DNA of 64,000 nucleotides from Antedon mediterranea (Eukaryota; Animalia; Echinodermata): contig NC_092675.1 in assembly GCF_964355755.1 (NCBI RefSeq), positions 25,764,912-25,828,911 on the forward strand, read 5' to 3'. The position numbers were made by a program, and so were the translations under genes. This document shows, piece by piece, positions 38,989 to 53,900 of the stretch. The notes under the pieces are model-generated. The model was not told where the DNA came from and did no database searches. It saw only the letters and a list, made by a program, of their open reading frames with translations. The number at the start of each line of letters is the position of its first letter. The stretch's first letter is position 1.

Positions 38989-41900
38989 CAAACACTACTG
39001 ATTTCTATTTGGTTTTGAGTGTCAATCAATTATCAATGTGGGTATGGTATAGCTACCTACCTTACACTTTTAACTTCTTTTCTGATTGCTTTCGTAAGTT
39101 GAAACACTGTCTTCGCTATCCGTTTCACTGCTAATGTTTGACCATTACTAAAAAAATATAGAATAGATAAAAAATAAGGTTAGGTTTACTTTTATTGAAA
39201 TATTTAAGGATGGAGTTATAATAATAGAAAGAAGGATGCAGGGAAGCCAAAGTAATAAACCATGACAATGATTACTGAAAATGTAAAAACAAAAAAACAT
39301 TTAGATTTATTGGAAGAACTAGGAATAGGAAAACAGAAGTCATGGAGGAAGCTAGAGAATCCAAAAAAGGAGCAATGAATCATGGCAAGAGATGACAGAG
39401 AGAGATTCCTGACAAAGTAATTATTTTCAATTTCGTTGGAAGTAAGATCTTTTTTGTAAAGAAAATAACAGTTAGGCCTATGGGAAAGTAGAGGTAAGGA
39501 GGCAAGCAGGTAGTTGATGAAAGAAGATGCAGAGGACAGAGACACACATTTAAGATGCTGCAGTGAAAAGAGGTGAAGGAGGACATGCGATAATTATCTT
39601 CTGGAACACAGTGATACTATGTTAACAATTGTATGTCATAAGTTAATTTAATTTCTTAAAAGTTTATACTGTTCTTCGTAGGTTTTTTAAAATAACACTT
39701 ATTGCCAAACGCATAAAGTGTTTCATTTACAATGGTTGATCAATGGTCTGTAGACCGTTTCCAACATTGGCGAATGATTACGTATTCCGGTAATGCTTAC
39801 TGAAGATTACCTCTAAGATGGGATTGATCTACCTTCTGTCGCACGTCAGTCTATGACTCAACGAGTTTGATATTGGCATACGCATGGTTTAGTGGCATTA
39901 CGCATTTAAGAGGTTGACTGTTTTAAAATCTTATAGGAGACATTTTTAAACAAATATCAACCGACGATGAGGTGAAGAAGTAATCTAAACTCGATTACGG
40001 TAGAGTAAGTATTTAAAACGTTCAAGCGGTCGAAAGGTCAATGTAATTTCATAATTGTGGTTTGGTGTGAACTTAAAAAGGAGTAATTAACAAACTGAAC
40101 CATGCGTATCATTTGAAGCAAGTCCCGAGTTAAGAACACACACATAAATTATAAAAATATCTTTCTTAATATACTGTATCGTTTTTACATTGCTACAAAA
40201 TATAATATTGTTGGAGAGTAAGCTTAGTTCCCAATAAGACGCTAAGGCGTAAGCGCAACGTAAGCGAGTTGACCAATCACAAGTGATTGGTTAAACTGCT
40301 TACGTTGCGTTTACGTCGCTGCGTTACGTCCTAGTGGGAATCAAGCTTGAGAGAGTTAAGCTCTCGGTTCTAATCTGAGTGCAACCACGTAGGCCTATTA
40401 TGATAACAGTGTGTGGCGCTGATATTGAGTATCAGCAACGAATATATTATTGAACAACAGCATTATATTGTGATTGTTCAAGTAAACTATTTTTCCTGAT
40501 TTTTGTTAACATTGGAAAGAGAAATAATAATACAAACATAAACATGGCAATATATAATATAATATAATTATTATCATTATTTTTGCTTCCTATTTTGTTT
40601 ACATTTCAAATTGTTAAAAGAGTTTTACATATTGTTTATATATTGTATACGCTAAATGTGAGTGAGCGAAATTTAATTCTAAAAATGTTTTCTCAATTAT
40701 TAAGCTCACAAAACAGGTTAAAAGTGTAATAACCATATTCTGGTATCTGCTACTATTTCACAAGATTTTTACCAACACACTATTTATTATACACATCTCA
40801 CAGGAAACAAGCATCGACTAATTTGAATTTTCTTTTAAAGTGATTATCTGATTGATATCTGTTCGACACTTAACTCTTTCTGATAGTAGGCCTACCATAG
40901 AGAATTTAAAGAAGTTAATGTTACCAAAGCATGAATGGTTAGTTCATTTAATGTACAAATAAGATATTCGGATCGAGAGATATATACAATAAAAACATAC
41001 TAATAATTAATAAAATTAATGTTTAGAAACAAGTATAATATTTAGAAATTTGAGTATACTTGTAAATAATAAACTTACGCATCGCTATGAATTGAATGAA
41101 GCAACAACAAAAAAATTGTATTTGTGTCAATATCTTTAAAAAAAATATTTTTCTCAATAGAAATGCAGTATATGATGCTAAAAATGAAACTCATTATATT
41201 GATTTATTTGGGTAATTTCAAGGCTACTTCAACAAAACTTCTTTGTGCAACGGCATAAGAAGCCTGAATATTAATGGAATAAAAGTTCCTGAACAATTTT
41301 GTATAAATGTTTTGTATTTGTTGGACGGACAGAAAACATTTTCACGAGATGAAAGATTTACCGTACTATTCAACTCGGATACGCATCGTTGAAAAAAAAA
41401 CCAGTCGGTTCAGCTTGGTTGAATAAAACAGTAAATCCTTCAACTCGTGAAAATAGTCTGCAAATTCGATTTTTAACAAGTTATTATTTGTGTGAGTGTA
41501 TTTTTAATGATTACAATAGGAGACCTAAAAGACGGTAAAAAGTTCACGTTTTAGAAATCCCGTCTCACCAGCCATGATTACTTTTGTTTTTCTTGTTCCC
41601 TGTCACCATGTATTGTATTTTTAGTCGCGACGCGACTCTCTACAGCTCACTATGTCGTTGGTCGGTAAAAACATTAACTTGAGCACTCGACTGCACCCAT
41701 GTATATGGCCTTGCTATGTATCGTTTTGAGGTAAATAAATGAAATGAATATTGACCAAATTATAATGTAGAAAATAATGAAATTAATGTATTGTACAGTT
41801 TCACAGAAATACTGAAGCAGCAAACAGATATGTTATTTTCAGGATTGTATTGGGGGATGTGGGGGCATGGACTCAGATAGACATGATCTTGTGGCACACC

Positions 41901-44900
41901 CTGGATCTAAAACCAGCGAGGTTGCGGTTGTGCATATTTGAACTCGACCAATAATTATACTGAATAGTTTAAAATACGAACTATGACTATGTTCTATTAA
42001 ATGAGTTCTGGTGATTTTCTCAAAAATTAATAATGAGGTCATAATCTCTAAATATATCAGCAGTGTTCTGCTGTTCTTGTTAAGAGGACGGTTTAGCGTG
42101 AAAATGGTCAGTTCCAGTCCAATTCATGTCATAATTCTTTTCTAATTATTATCATTATTTTTGCTTCCTATTTTGTTTACGTTTCAAATTGTTAAAAGAG
42201 TTTTACATTGAAGAAATATTGTTTATATATTTTATACACTAAATGTGAGTGAACGAAATTTAATTCTAAAAATGTTTTTTTCAATTATTAAGCTCACACA
42301 AAACAGGTTAAAAGTGTAATAACCATATTCTGGTATCTGCTACTATTTCACAAGATTTTTACCAACACATTATTTATTATACACATCTCACAGGAAACAA
42401 GCAACGACAAATTTGAATTTTCTTTTAAAGGGATTATCTGATTGATATCTGTTCGACACTTAACTCTTTCTGATAGTACCATAGAGAATTTAAAGAAGTT
42501 AATGTTACCAAAGCATGAATGGTTAGTTCATTTAATGTACAAATAAGATATTCGGATCGAGAGATATATACAATAAAAACATACTAATAATTAATAAAAT
42601 TAATGTTTAGAAACAAGTATAATATTTAGAAATTTGAGTATACTTGTAAATAATAAACTTACGCATCGCTATGAATTGAATGAAGCAACAACAAAAAAAT
42701 TGTATTTGTGTCAATATCTTTAAAAAAATATTTTTCTCAATAGAAATGCAGTATATGATGCTAAAAATGAAACTCATTATATTGATTTATTTGGGTAATT
42801 TCAAGGCTACTTCAACAAAACTTCTTTGTGCAACGGCATAAAAGCCTGAATATTAATGGAATAAAAGTTCCTGAACAATTTTGTATAAATGTTTTGTATT
42901 TGTTGGACGGACAGAAAACATTTTCACGAGATGAAAGATTTACCGTACTATTCAACTCGGATACGCATCGTTGAAAAAAAAACCCAGTCGGTTAGGCTTG
43001 GTTGAATATAACAGTAAATCCTTCAACTCGTGAAAATAGTCTGCAAATTCGATTTTTAACAAGTTATTATTTGCGTAGTGTATTTATTATGATTACAATA
43101 AGAGACCTAAAAGATGGTAAAAAGTTCACGTTTTAGAAATCCCGTATCACCAGCCATGATTACATTAGTTTTTTCTTGTACCCTGTCATTGTTAGTAGCG
43201 ACGCGACTCTCTACAGCTCACTATGTCGTTGGTCGGTAAACATTAACTTGAGCACTCGACTGCACCCATGTATATGGCCTTGTTATGTATCGTTTTGAGG
43301 CAAATAAATGAAATGAATATTGACCAAATTATAATGTAGAAAATAATGAAATTAATGTATTGTACAGTTTCACAGAACTACTGAAGCAGCAAACAGATTG
43401 TTATTTTTAGGATTGTATTGGGGGGGGGGGATGTGGGGGCATGGACTTGTGGCATACCCTGGATCTAAAACCAGCGAGTTTGCGGTTTTGCATATTTGAA
43501 CTCGACCAATAATTATACTGAATAGTTTAAAATACGAACTATGACTATGTTCTATTAAATGAGTTCTGGTGATTTCTCAAAAATTAATAATGAGGTCATA
43601 ATCTCTAAATATATCAGCAGTGTTCTGCTGTTCTTGTTAAGAGGACGGTTTAGCGTGAAAATGGTCAGTTCCAGTCCAATTCATGTCATAATTCTTTTCT
43701 ATTTGTAATACAATTATACACGTATTAACTAGGTCTCAATTAATTTCAAGATACTATCAATCATTACGAATAATTCATTAAGTGAAATGATGAGAAAATA
43801 GTATTAAATGATTGATTTGCTCAATACATGAGATCATAATCAATAATGATTTATTATGAATAATTAAACTGAACAAAATCCTATGACATGGGGATATTAT
43901 GTAATAATTAGAATTTCCATGCCGTATAATGAACTATCCATTATTAGTATAAGTCTTATCGAATACATAATCACTGGACCAGTAAAAAATAGTTTTTACC
44001 TGCTCTTTCTTAGTATAGAAGTACAGTAAAAATACTGGTTTTACCGTCAATGTTACTAATTATACTTTATTCAGTCGATGAATAAAAGCTATCATGGCTA
44101 TTTGAAATTATAGTTTTGGTTCGCGTAAAGCCCATTCTTGATTCTAATTGGTTGTGCGTTTTTTCGCGTCACAAAAAGTAGATAAACATAGTTATTACGC
44201 ATGCGCAGTAATCATCATCACGAATACATTCGCATGATTATACAGAAAGATGATCTATCGTAAGTCTATTTATATAACACATTTAGAAACAATGTTTTAT
44301 ACTTAAAAAAGAATATGTTGAGCGCAAATCTTCAGAAATGGTTTCGGTATAATACAGCACAATTTACGTATTCTATGGAAAGTCAAGTGATATTATAATG
44401 TCAATCAGTGTGCTCATTCATTCTGATTAATTTTCACTTTATTAACTTTTTATTTTGATACTCTATAACAGTTTGATTATTAAGGTTATAGACTAAGATT
44501 TTAATTAATATGGTAATCAATAATAATGAAAAATATTACTTTTAAGACGTCTAGATTTCATGGGCACTTAACGTCTAATTATACGGTATCAAAATATGTA
44601 ATTAAAATAATGATACATTGCTATTTGTGAAGAGTTGATGCATACTTAATTACCCGTCGTCTATCTAAATTTAATGTAATACTTAATCAATCGTTCTATC
44701 GTAGATATATTTGATTTTACTGGTTTAATCAACTTTATTAAACATTTTCTTTAGAAACACAATTTTCATTATTACTTATTATACGAAAGTTACGTTTGTA
44801 TTTCCAACAGGAATAAGTATAGTTGAATGCCTTCGGTTGTTTTGCTAAAACCTTCTTCTGGACATATTGTTTTCAAAGAAATGGTTGCAGCATAATCCTG

Positions 44901-47900
44901 GAGGCATTCTCAACTATACTTCCTTTTGGAAACACATGGTGTACTGCAAACCTCGATGTGCATTGTTTATTTTAAGCCTTGTCTACACTATCAAACTGTT
45001 TGTTACAAAAAAAATGTGGCGTGCCCATTTATGGACATGATGTCATATCACTACCATATTTGATCATATCACAACCATATTTGGCCACATCACACATTGT
45101 AGATAGTGTAGACAGAGCTTTAAACAAGATTATTTCCTTTTTATTTGTCGTTTTCACTGATCTTCTTCTGAATGTGATATTTAAAAAAAAACATACCGAC
45201 AATTGAAAAAATATTATTATACGGTCTATAGTTATATAATACACTTTGTCTTCTTTCAAAACAAACATAATGTATTTATCTAAATTATTCAATTATTATA
45301 TTTGTGTATGCTGAAGTAATGTACTTACTAAATAGCTGCATTATTAATGCAAATTGGATACATAAGGCTTTTAGATTCTCAGAAATGGTGTTATAGTTTA
45401 CACGCATAGGAATCGCCTTGCTTATTGAAAGACAGTCAATGTTAATGAATAATAATGATAATGGTGTCGGAACGTATTTGTCTCTAAAGAAGGGGCTTAA
45501 GTTAAAGAAGTCACACTCGAAGTCACAGAGCATATTGCAAACTGATGAAATACATGCAAGTGTGTAAGGCCTTCTTTATTTCAAAGCAGGCATTACGCAA
45601 TCAAAGTTTGTGTATATATTTTGATGTGGTATAATGGTAAGGTATCAAATCATGCAGAAGATTCCGGTTTATTTTTCATTCTCGGGTATATCCTAATCTT
45701 CTACGGGCAATCATTAATGTTAGTATTATCACTAGAGTTTAATATGCCTGCAATATCACGTGATTCGTTGGCCCCTTCGTTGCCAACTGTGTTGGCCCTT
45801 TCAGAGCATCCCAATGTTCCTTTTTTATGTTCTCCTTTTACGTGCATGTTGCAACGATGACTTGCCATTCATATTAAATAAATTTACAACCAATACTTGT
45901 TTCCTTGTATTTGTTTATCGGGCTCACGTGTGTCAAAATACTATCTTGTTTTTTGTATGTATATTTTCCCACCTTTGTAAGGTTGTATATGATAAGCATA
46001 AACTATGTATGAATTACAAATATTAATTTGGAAATGTTCCGCCTACTATAGCTCCACTGTATTTTGTTGTAGGCCCTACTTAGAAAATAAAACCAAAACT
46101 GAATTGATCGTAATGTAGAAAGTGTATACTTACTAAAGCCCTAGTTCAGCAAACACTTGTTTGTTTTGCATCTGTGACGCCAAACCTGTGTGTCCACTAC
46201 TGATATCAGTAAGGTTTTCTGCACTTAGTAGCATGCTAACCATACTGCCCATTAAACCTCTTGCAGCTCCATTATCTATCATTTGTAAGCAAAACAATAA
46301 AGGTAAGCCGACAGTAAAACTGTAAATTAATCTTAGATATGATCATTTACTCTCCAATCAGCAAAGTTATTCGTCATTATTCATCATAAAAAAAAAATGA
46401 ACTGAAGTTAGAGTGGGTTGATGAAGAAGGTTTATAGATACAATTTATTTTAACATCACTATTATTTATTTTTTAATTAAAATGTTCATTGAAAAAATAT
46501 TAATTTAAATAAAATCCAGATTTAATTTAAATGAATAATAATATAAGAATTACCGACATTAATAACTAAATAAAAATCATTCTGATGCTATTAATTTTCC
46601 ATTACTGTCAACATTAAAGGACCATATTGTGTTTTTGAAATTTATACCATACGGACAGTTGTCTTTTACAGTTTTACTTACAACAAAAGTGTTAGATATA
46701 TCGTGTTGTAATCCCTAATCTCGCTTGAGATAAAGTAATAATTTACCTGGCTTTATTTCATCATAGTTGATTATCCAGCTTTCATCCCATAACATTTTTT
46801 GTTGTTTCCAGTAGAAATACTAAAGATGACAAATTATAATAATTTAAAAAAACCTCGCAGATATGATTAACGTAAATAGTTTGATTGAAATAGCTAGAAA
46901 GGAGGAGGGGTATGCTTCTCCCCGGCGTTTCCATTTCCTCAGACACCCCACTCTACCTTTTAAAATGTTGTCCCGAGTGTATATTGATTGATAGATTGAT
47001 CTTTAAAAATTAATTCAATGTTGACATTTAAACGGCACCGTCAGAAAAACTTAAACGTGTCTAAATTATAGGCCTACACGTGTTTGTCTTTTCTTTAAAA
47101 TCTGTCTTAAGTCGTTTTGATTATACTGTAGTGTTATATTTTTTAAATTTATGCCAAGGCAAGGCAAACATCATAAAAAACCATCCTGCCCATGGCTGAC
47201 GAAAATGGCAGAAACTCGTGTCATAAAAGAGGCGTAACTGACGATGATTATAAATGCAAGAATCGTGTCAGGTGTTTATATGATGGGCCTCCGTGGATAT
47301 ATATTAAACTTGAACTTAGAATATAACAATGACATAATGCACTCGTAGGAAATTGTAGTTATATTTGGGATACTATCTGAATTATAATAATTTTTAATGC
47401 AAACACAGCGTCTTTTAACAATATCATGTTCTATATTATTACGATAGTCTCACTTTTAAGTATGGCGATTATTAATGATAGCGATGGGTGAATAACTCGT
47501 TAAATGGTACACATTTTTCTAGACAAACAGTTATTAGTGGCAACACATACCACATGCACGAAGGTGGGGGGGGGGGGGGTTGGAAGAAGAAGGAACTTAA
47601 TATAATGTTTTATTAAAGGAGCTTTCCGTATGCGATCACGGTCACTGGACATACACTTTACAGTGGTGACTTAAATAAACCTAATTTCTCTGTAGTATTA
47701 CTAACCTAATTTAACAGTTTAATCAGCTGTATTTAATTGACGCTCCCTATAACTATCACTAAAAACAAATAAGCGGGGCCTATGTCATACTATCTGCAGC
47801 TTTTAAATAGAATCAATAACGAACGAGCTGAACTTAAATTGCAAATAAATTAAAACTGTTAACAATGTCGTTAGTAATGTGTTTATTAATCTCCAATTAC

Positions 47901-50900
47901 ATAGAAAGTAATGGTTTATTTGATTCCACTCATTAAAACACACGTGATCAATATTCGGTGTGTGATTTTGTTCTACCGGGACTTTACTCGTCTTACAGCA
48001 CTGTCCACTTCCGTGCAGTAATTCGTGATTAGTTTTATCATGAGTATCAATAATTGAGTAGAATTATATCTCTTAGAAGTTATTCAATTACATTATTGCG
48101 CTTTAATGGTAAGAGTAGACAAATAGATGCAAGTTATGGCAATTTGGAGATAGTTCTGTTGTTGCGGCATTTCCGATGGTAGGATGGATCGTATGCAGAT
48201 TCCTGAATGTATGAATAAAAATGAACTAAGTATAGGTTGCTTATAATTAAGATTATAGCTTGAAGAAAATTATGATACTACATGAATAATAAATAACTGG
48301 ACATTAATATGTTACCTAACTCTAGACATGAAGAACCGTCTGATTTAAAACATAAAGCATCAACATTTTTTTTTATTAACTTTAAAACAAATTTAATTCC
48401 GTTTCAAATGATATGAAGTTTAGTCCAGATGTTTTGCAACAATATAGAACAAAATAACTATTAATTATTAATATTGAATAAACTGGCTGAAACAAATTAA
48501 ATTTAACAATTAATACACAATATGTTTCTTGTCAACGCAAACAACAATCCAGTGAAATATATTATACTAAAATGATCCTGGAAAGGTAAGATTAATCAGT
48601 TATCCCTATAATTATCATGGGCAAGTGGACCAGAGACCAAGACTATGCTGTATACAGTAGTGTCGCTGCTACGGAAAAAGACTAACTCCACACCCCACCC
48701 CCCCCCCCCCCCACCCCAAAAAAAAAGATAAGAAAAAAAAAAGAGGGCGGAGATGGAGGAGATAGGAAGCGAGTAGAAAGATACATAAATGCTTACCAGA
48801 TATATAAGTGCTAATAGCACAACGATTGTGAAAATCGATGCAATGATAGCCGCAATCTCTCCTGTACTCAGAGGACAGCTACCACAATCAGCAGGGCATA
48901 CGCTACAATCTTCGTCTCGTTCGGTATCACAAAATGCATCACCACAAACTACAAAATTATGTAAAACACGTTTATTCGTAATCGTTGCAGTTAATTTTTG
49001 TTAATTTTTGTTAATATACGGTAATATAAATAATATTTACGCTTTACTATATTTTGAGGAATGATCTATAATACTTTGCAAGTATCTTCATATTTGCCAG
49101 TTCTTATACTATGACGTTATATATATATATATATACTATGACGTTATCCAAATTCCTTCACTTGCACTGATGAAGGGCTAGCGTTGCCCGAAAGCTCTGC
49201 TAACTTTTCTGGCTGTTTTACCTTATCGTTTTGATTTAGTTTTTCGCTTATTTTGTATCTCCATTGAGATCCAGCCACTGATACCCACAGCATTGTCATT
49301 TTTTTCAGTTTGGATTCATATTTAGTACACATATTATATTCACAGTTTTTAAAATTCGTATCCTGTAAATAATTATCTGCATTTTATTAACGCGGCTCAT
49401 TACTAGAATAAACCCTAGTTTCTTTTGTATCTGATATTTAAAAAAACTAAATTAATAATCATTTAATCTGTATTTTCCATGTCGTTAATTTTTCTTTTAA
49501 TTAGAGAAAATTGATCTCCCATCCATCACATAAATTAAAAAAACATTGGTTTGGCTGAAGTGTTATTTGGGATCACCAAATAGAAAGCAAGATAATTTGT
49601 TTATTTATATTAATGAGTTATAATGCTCGTGTAATAATATTGCATTGTACGATAACCAGTTTGTCCTTGTTTTATTTAAAACATCATTTCTACAGTAAAC
49701 CATTCAGTGGCGGATTACCATCTAGCCGAAAACTATCATTAGGTATATTTAACGTAATAAAGCAATTATTTGTACGGAGTAGGCAGGAGGATGTTACAGT
49801 ATTATCTTTCTTTTCTTAGATTAGTCTAGATTCTCGAAAATAACATAGTTTAATTTCGTTCATATAGAGCTATAGGGCATATGTGAAAATATTGGTAAAG
49901 TGGTCGTCTCCCCGTACCGGTTCTAAACACCCAGCTCGCAAATATTTAGCGCCCCCTTGTGTCATTATACTGTACAATCTAACCATTTCTTTGTAATAAA
50001 GTTATAAACATGATTCATCATAGAAAATACGATGATAAGATGGCACTGTAATTTATCATATACAACGTAAGTAAAAAGTGGTATAATGTGAAAAAAAAAA
50101 ATATTCTAAAGACAGTATGATAATGATTATAACATGCGTGTTATGGTCATTTGAGATCAAAACAAAAGCAAAGAATATGATGGAACTACGAGCACCGTGA
50201 CTTATCGCCATGTTTGTGGTCATTAGTATAAATATACTTTTTAACTGTCAATACGAAACGCATGCATATTATAAATTATTTGAAATGAGCCCTGATCTTC
50301 TGATGACAACTAACTAAAATACATCGCGCGTATTACTCCGTTAACACTGATTTGTATACAGGTGTTACAAAAGAATTTCATGGTTCGTGCGTTTTCTATT
50401 ATGACACCCCACGAGACGATTGATACAGAATATTATCCCCACGTCCATTGCGAGACATTTCACGTACTAATTGTATTAACATGCAGAAAACATCACTCCT
50501 CGCACACACAGCATACCAGAAGTTGGTTGCTCTTAATCGTCATTAACTTTAAAAATAGTTCCTAACTAAACATTCACAAACGAATATCGATCAATTACTC
50601 AATGTTATTTTAAAGCCAGTTGAAGAAATTCAATTTAGCTTGATATAGAAGTCATTAAATTATAAAGTACAGTAATCTAATAAAGATTTGCTTAAAGACC
50701 TTTCCCACTTATATTGACATCGATCTTTAATATAAAGTCAAATGTATGCAAGTTAAAGAATGATGAAGCGGCGTATACGGGTTAATAATACTTAGTAGAG
50801 TTTGTCTACCGAATTACCCCGATTCTAAAATCATCTTATGCAATGCATGGTGAATGATATTCCCAAAATGGAGGTTTAGCATTGAAACTTTGTTTATTTC

Positions 50901-53900
50901 GTGAAGTGGGGCCTAGAACAAAACATTGTATATATATATATGCCTAGTTGTGAAGAAACTGAAGACCTGTAATAATACAAATACCAAGGCAAGGGAACAA
51001 TTATGTTTTTTTCTTTTCCTTAATTCAACAAACCTAAAAAATAATTAAATAATAATAATAATAACTTAAATATTAGGAAAAAAATGCAAAAAAAAGTTGT
51101 ATGATTGACATAAGTACACATTCCATTACTCCTATCCTTTTTTACATAACCTATTTACTGTTTAAAATTTTGTAACCTAATTGGCAAACTTATATATAAC
51201 TTACAAAGAAATGATCTGACATTAAATGACCTACATATGTGGGGGAAAAACCAACTTATTTTTTCTGCAAAATTATACAACTTTGAAGTTTATCCACAAT
51301 TCTGTAGAAATTGTGAAATACACTGCTCACAAAAGTAGGCATATTTTTGTTTTGGTGAACCCAAGTAGCATTATAAAACACCCATTTCACGTCAGATCTA
51401 AGAGAAGTAATATTATATTTTGACAGCCATTTAAAATTATTTCGCTTGTTGGTGCATTGTCAGATTCTCTGTGGAGCATTGTTTGATTTCGTGTCTAAAA
51501 TTAGCACGTTTTCGGACAAATATCGATACCACAGCCATCCGTAAATAAAAGAAAAGTCTAGGGACTTCTGTTTGTTGTTCCTCTTCAGTAAACATTCTTG
51601 TACAAAGGTGCGTTACTTATTCAAACACTTACGGTACACGTCTTATGACATGACCTAAATATGAATAAAGTGGATAACGAGACCTGGGGGTACTACTAGA
51701 AAATATACAATGGGTGATACAGTGCACGGTGAACTTGCCAATACCTTTAAATATTGATTTTGTGTAGGCTACCATCTTGGCTACCATATCAAAACTATGA
51801 CAATGTTCTATCAGGGAAGAGTTAACAATTTAACTCTTCCCTGGTTCTATAAATAGATATATTGCAAAAAGGTTTTAAACATTCTCTCGTGCTTAATAAT
51901 TTACTAATAATGATTAGAATTATCTGCAATTAAGCTGAATGTTTCGAGTTAGAACCTTGATTGGGAGGCTTTTTCTCATTCTCACAAAGTTCCTCATTTT
52001 AATCGTTTGAAAATTAATTAATTAAATTCAGTATATCACTGGTGGTTTAGAATTTCTTCGATGCCTGTAAATGTTTAAGCTGTTTGTCATTCTTATGAAT
52101 ATATTCTAAACCACCAGGTGAAATATGAAAATTGATTAGTTAATTTAGATAAAGATGATGATATTTATGGGAATGAGAAAAAGCCGCCCCAACCAAGATC
52201 CGAACTCACAATATTTCTGCTTGATATGCAGATGTCGTAACCATTATAGATAATATATGCAAAAATGTTATGTAATTTGCATAATTGTCTCAGATGGAAT
52301 AAATATTTTACGATTACATAATGGTATACTTTATTTTGTATCAAAGTTTGTTGTTAGATTATTTTGGATATTTGTTCAAGCAAGTTAAGGGCAGGGGGCA
52401 AGGATATTTCAATAAGCCGAAGTAAAACTAGATTATAGTTATGGTAATAGATACCACATTCCAAACTGAGATTGTTGTCTTAGGCCTAAGGGTTTTGGCC
52501 GTGGGGTCACAGCATTTATGATCATAGGACGAAGGGTTATTCGCCTTAAACAGATCATATCGATCTGAAGATCAAAGGTTACAAGACTGGTGATTCTGAG
52601 TAACCAAAAGTCACAACCAAAATATAAGCCAAAACTGATACAATTTACCGTTAATACAACTTTCCTACACATTGTGTTGCCTTTTTTTAAATTAACCGAT
52701 TCTTTCTGTTCTGTTTAGAAATCACGTTTTCTACATCTTATCTTTGAAAAATATTACCGGTACTAGTATTAAATTATATGAAGAGGTTAGCTTAACTTGA
52801 TGTTCATGGTTTACAGAGTGCATCTCGGTTTTTACTTTCCAATCTTTATCACATCTTTATCGTTGCTTATCGTTTTGGCTTCATTTCATTTTTTCAGGGC
52901 AAGGTAACACATTGCGCAAAACAAAACTTGAATCTCTTAGGGAGTTAAATACAACTTTACAATATAAAAGGTGTGACGCATGACTTGAAATATATTAAGA
53001 AAACAGAAAAATAAAAACGTCTTAGTTGTCACGGTTTGAGTATGATATACTGTAGAACAGGTTTAAGACAACTGTTACAAAAAGTCAAGATTTCTAGCGG
53101 AAAAACATAATTTAATGTAGCCTAGCAAATGTCGAGTTCTCTTTTACAATAATAAAACATGTTGAAATGCATTTTTATAATCAAGTTGTATTATCGGAAT
53201 GGCAAGCAGTCTGACCCCAAAGCTATCAGATTAATCATTATGTGTTGTCAGTATTGATTATAATGTATACAATTCTACTTGATTGAGGCGTACCATGTAG
53301 AAATGTTATACAAACAATTTATATATTTTTTTTGGTTTCTATAAAAAATCTTAATATGCCATATGATAATAAAATAGTTAATCAACTGCAGTACGTATTT
53401 TTTCTCATCGTGAATGCAATGGCACAGAGAGTAGTAAAAATACTAATTAGTGTGGTTTTGTGTAAAAACTACTTTTGGCGCTGATGAGCTGCTGACGCTG
53501 GAAACTCGCATGTTTTTAAAATGACGTCATTTTCAGAAACTGTAGAATACATTCGCTATTAGACGCGCAGCTCATAAAACGCTTCATTTTATGGTTTTAC
53601 GCTACACGGACAAATTCAAATCACGTAAACAGTATATTGTTGTGTAAGGCTTGGTTCCACCATGGTTCCACCGTAAGCCGATTTTCCACTAGGCGAAGTT
53701 ATTCGCGCGAATCGAAAGTGTCAGCTTACACGCATGCGTATTAATGCTTCCATCTTCCAAATCTTTCTCTACGCATGCGTATAAGCTGACGCTTTCGATT
53801 CATGCGAACAAATACGCCTAGTGGAAAATCGGCTTTAGGCTCAACGCCATTTACTTTACCAATAATTACTTGCTTTGCGCCTAGGTTCTTGCGTTGTGTC

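Noticed and set aside
39216-39586. Hydrophobic minus-strand ORFs (109 and 68 aa)
   Set aside because: A by-product of a purine-rich low-complexity intronic tract. The flanking cyclase exons already join in phase without them.
48789-49004. Plus-strand 71-aa ORF
   Set aside because: Antisense shadow of the Cys-rich/TM exon of the cyclase.
53455-53600. CTGATGAG...GAAA motif resembling a hammerhead
   Set aside because: Stem II and stem III pair poorly. ATGAGCTGC instead pairs with GCAGCTCAT about 80 bp downstream, which suggests a decayed inverted-repeat element.
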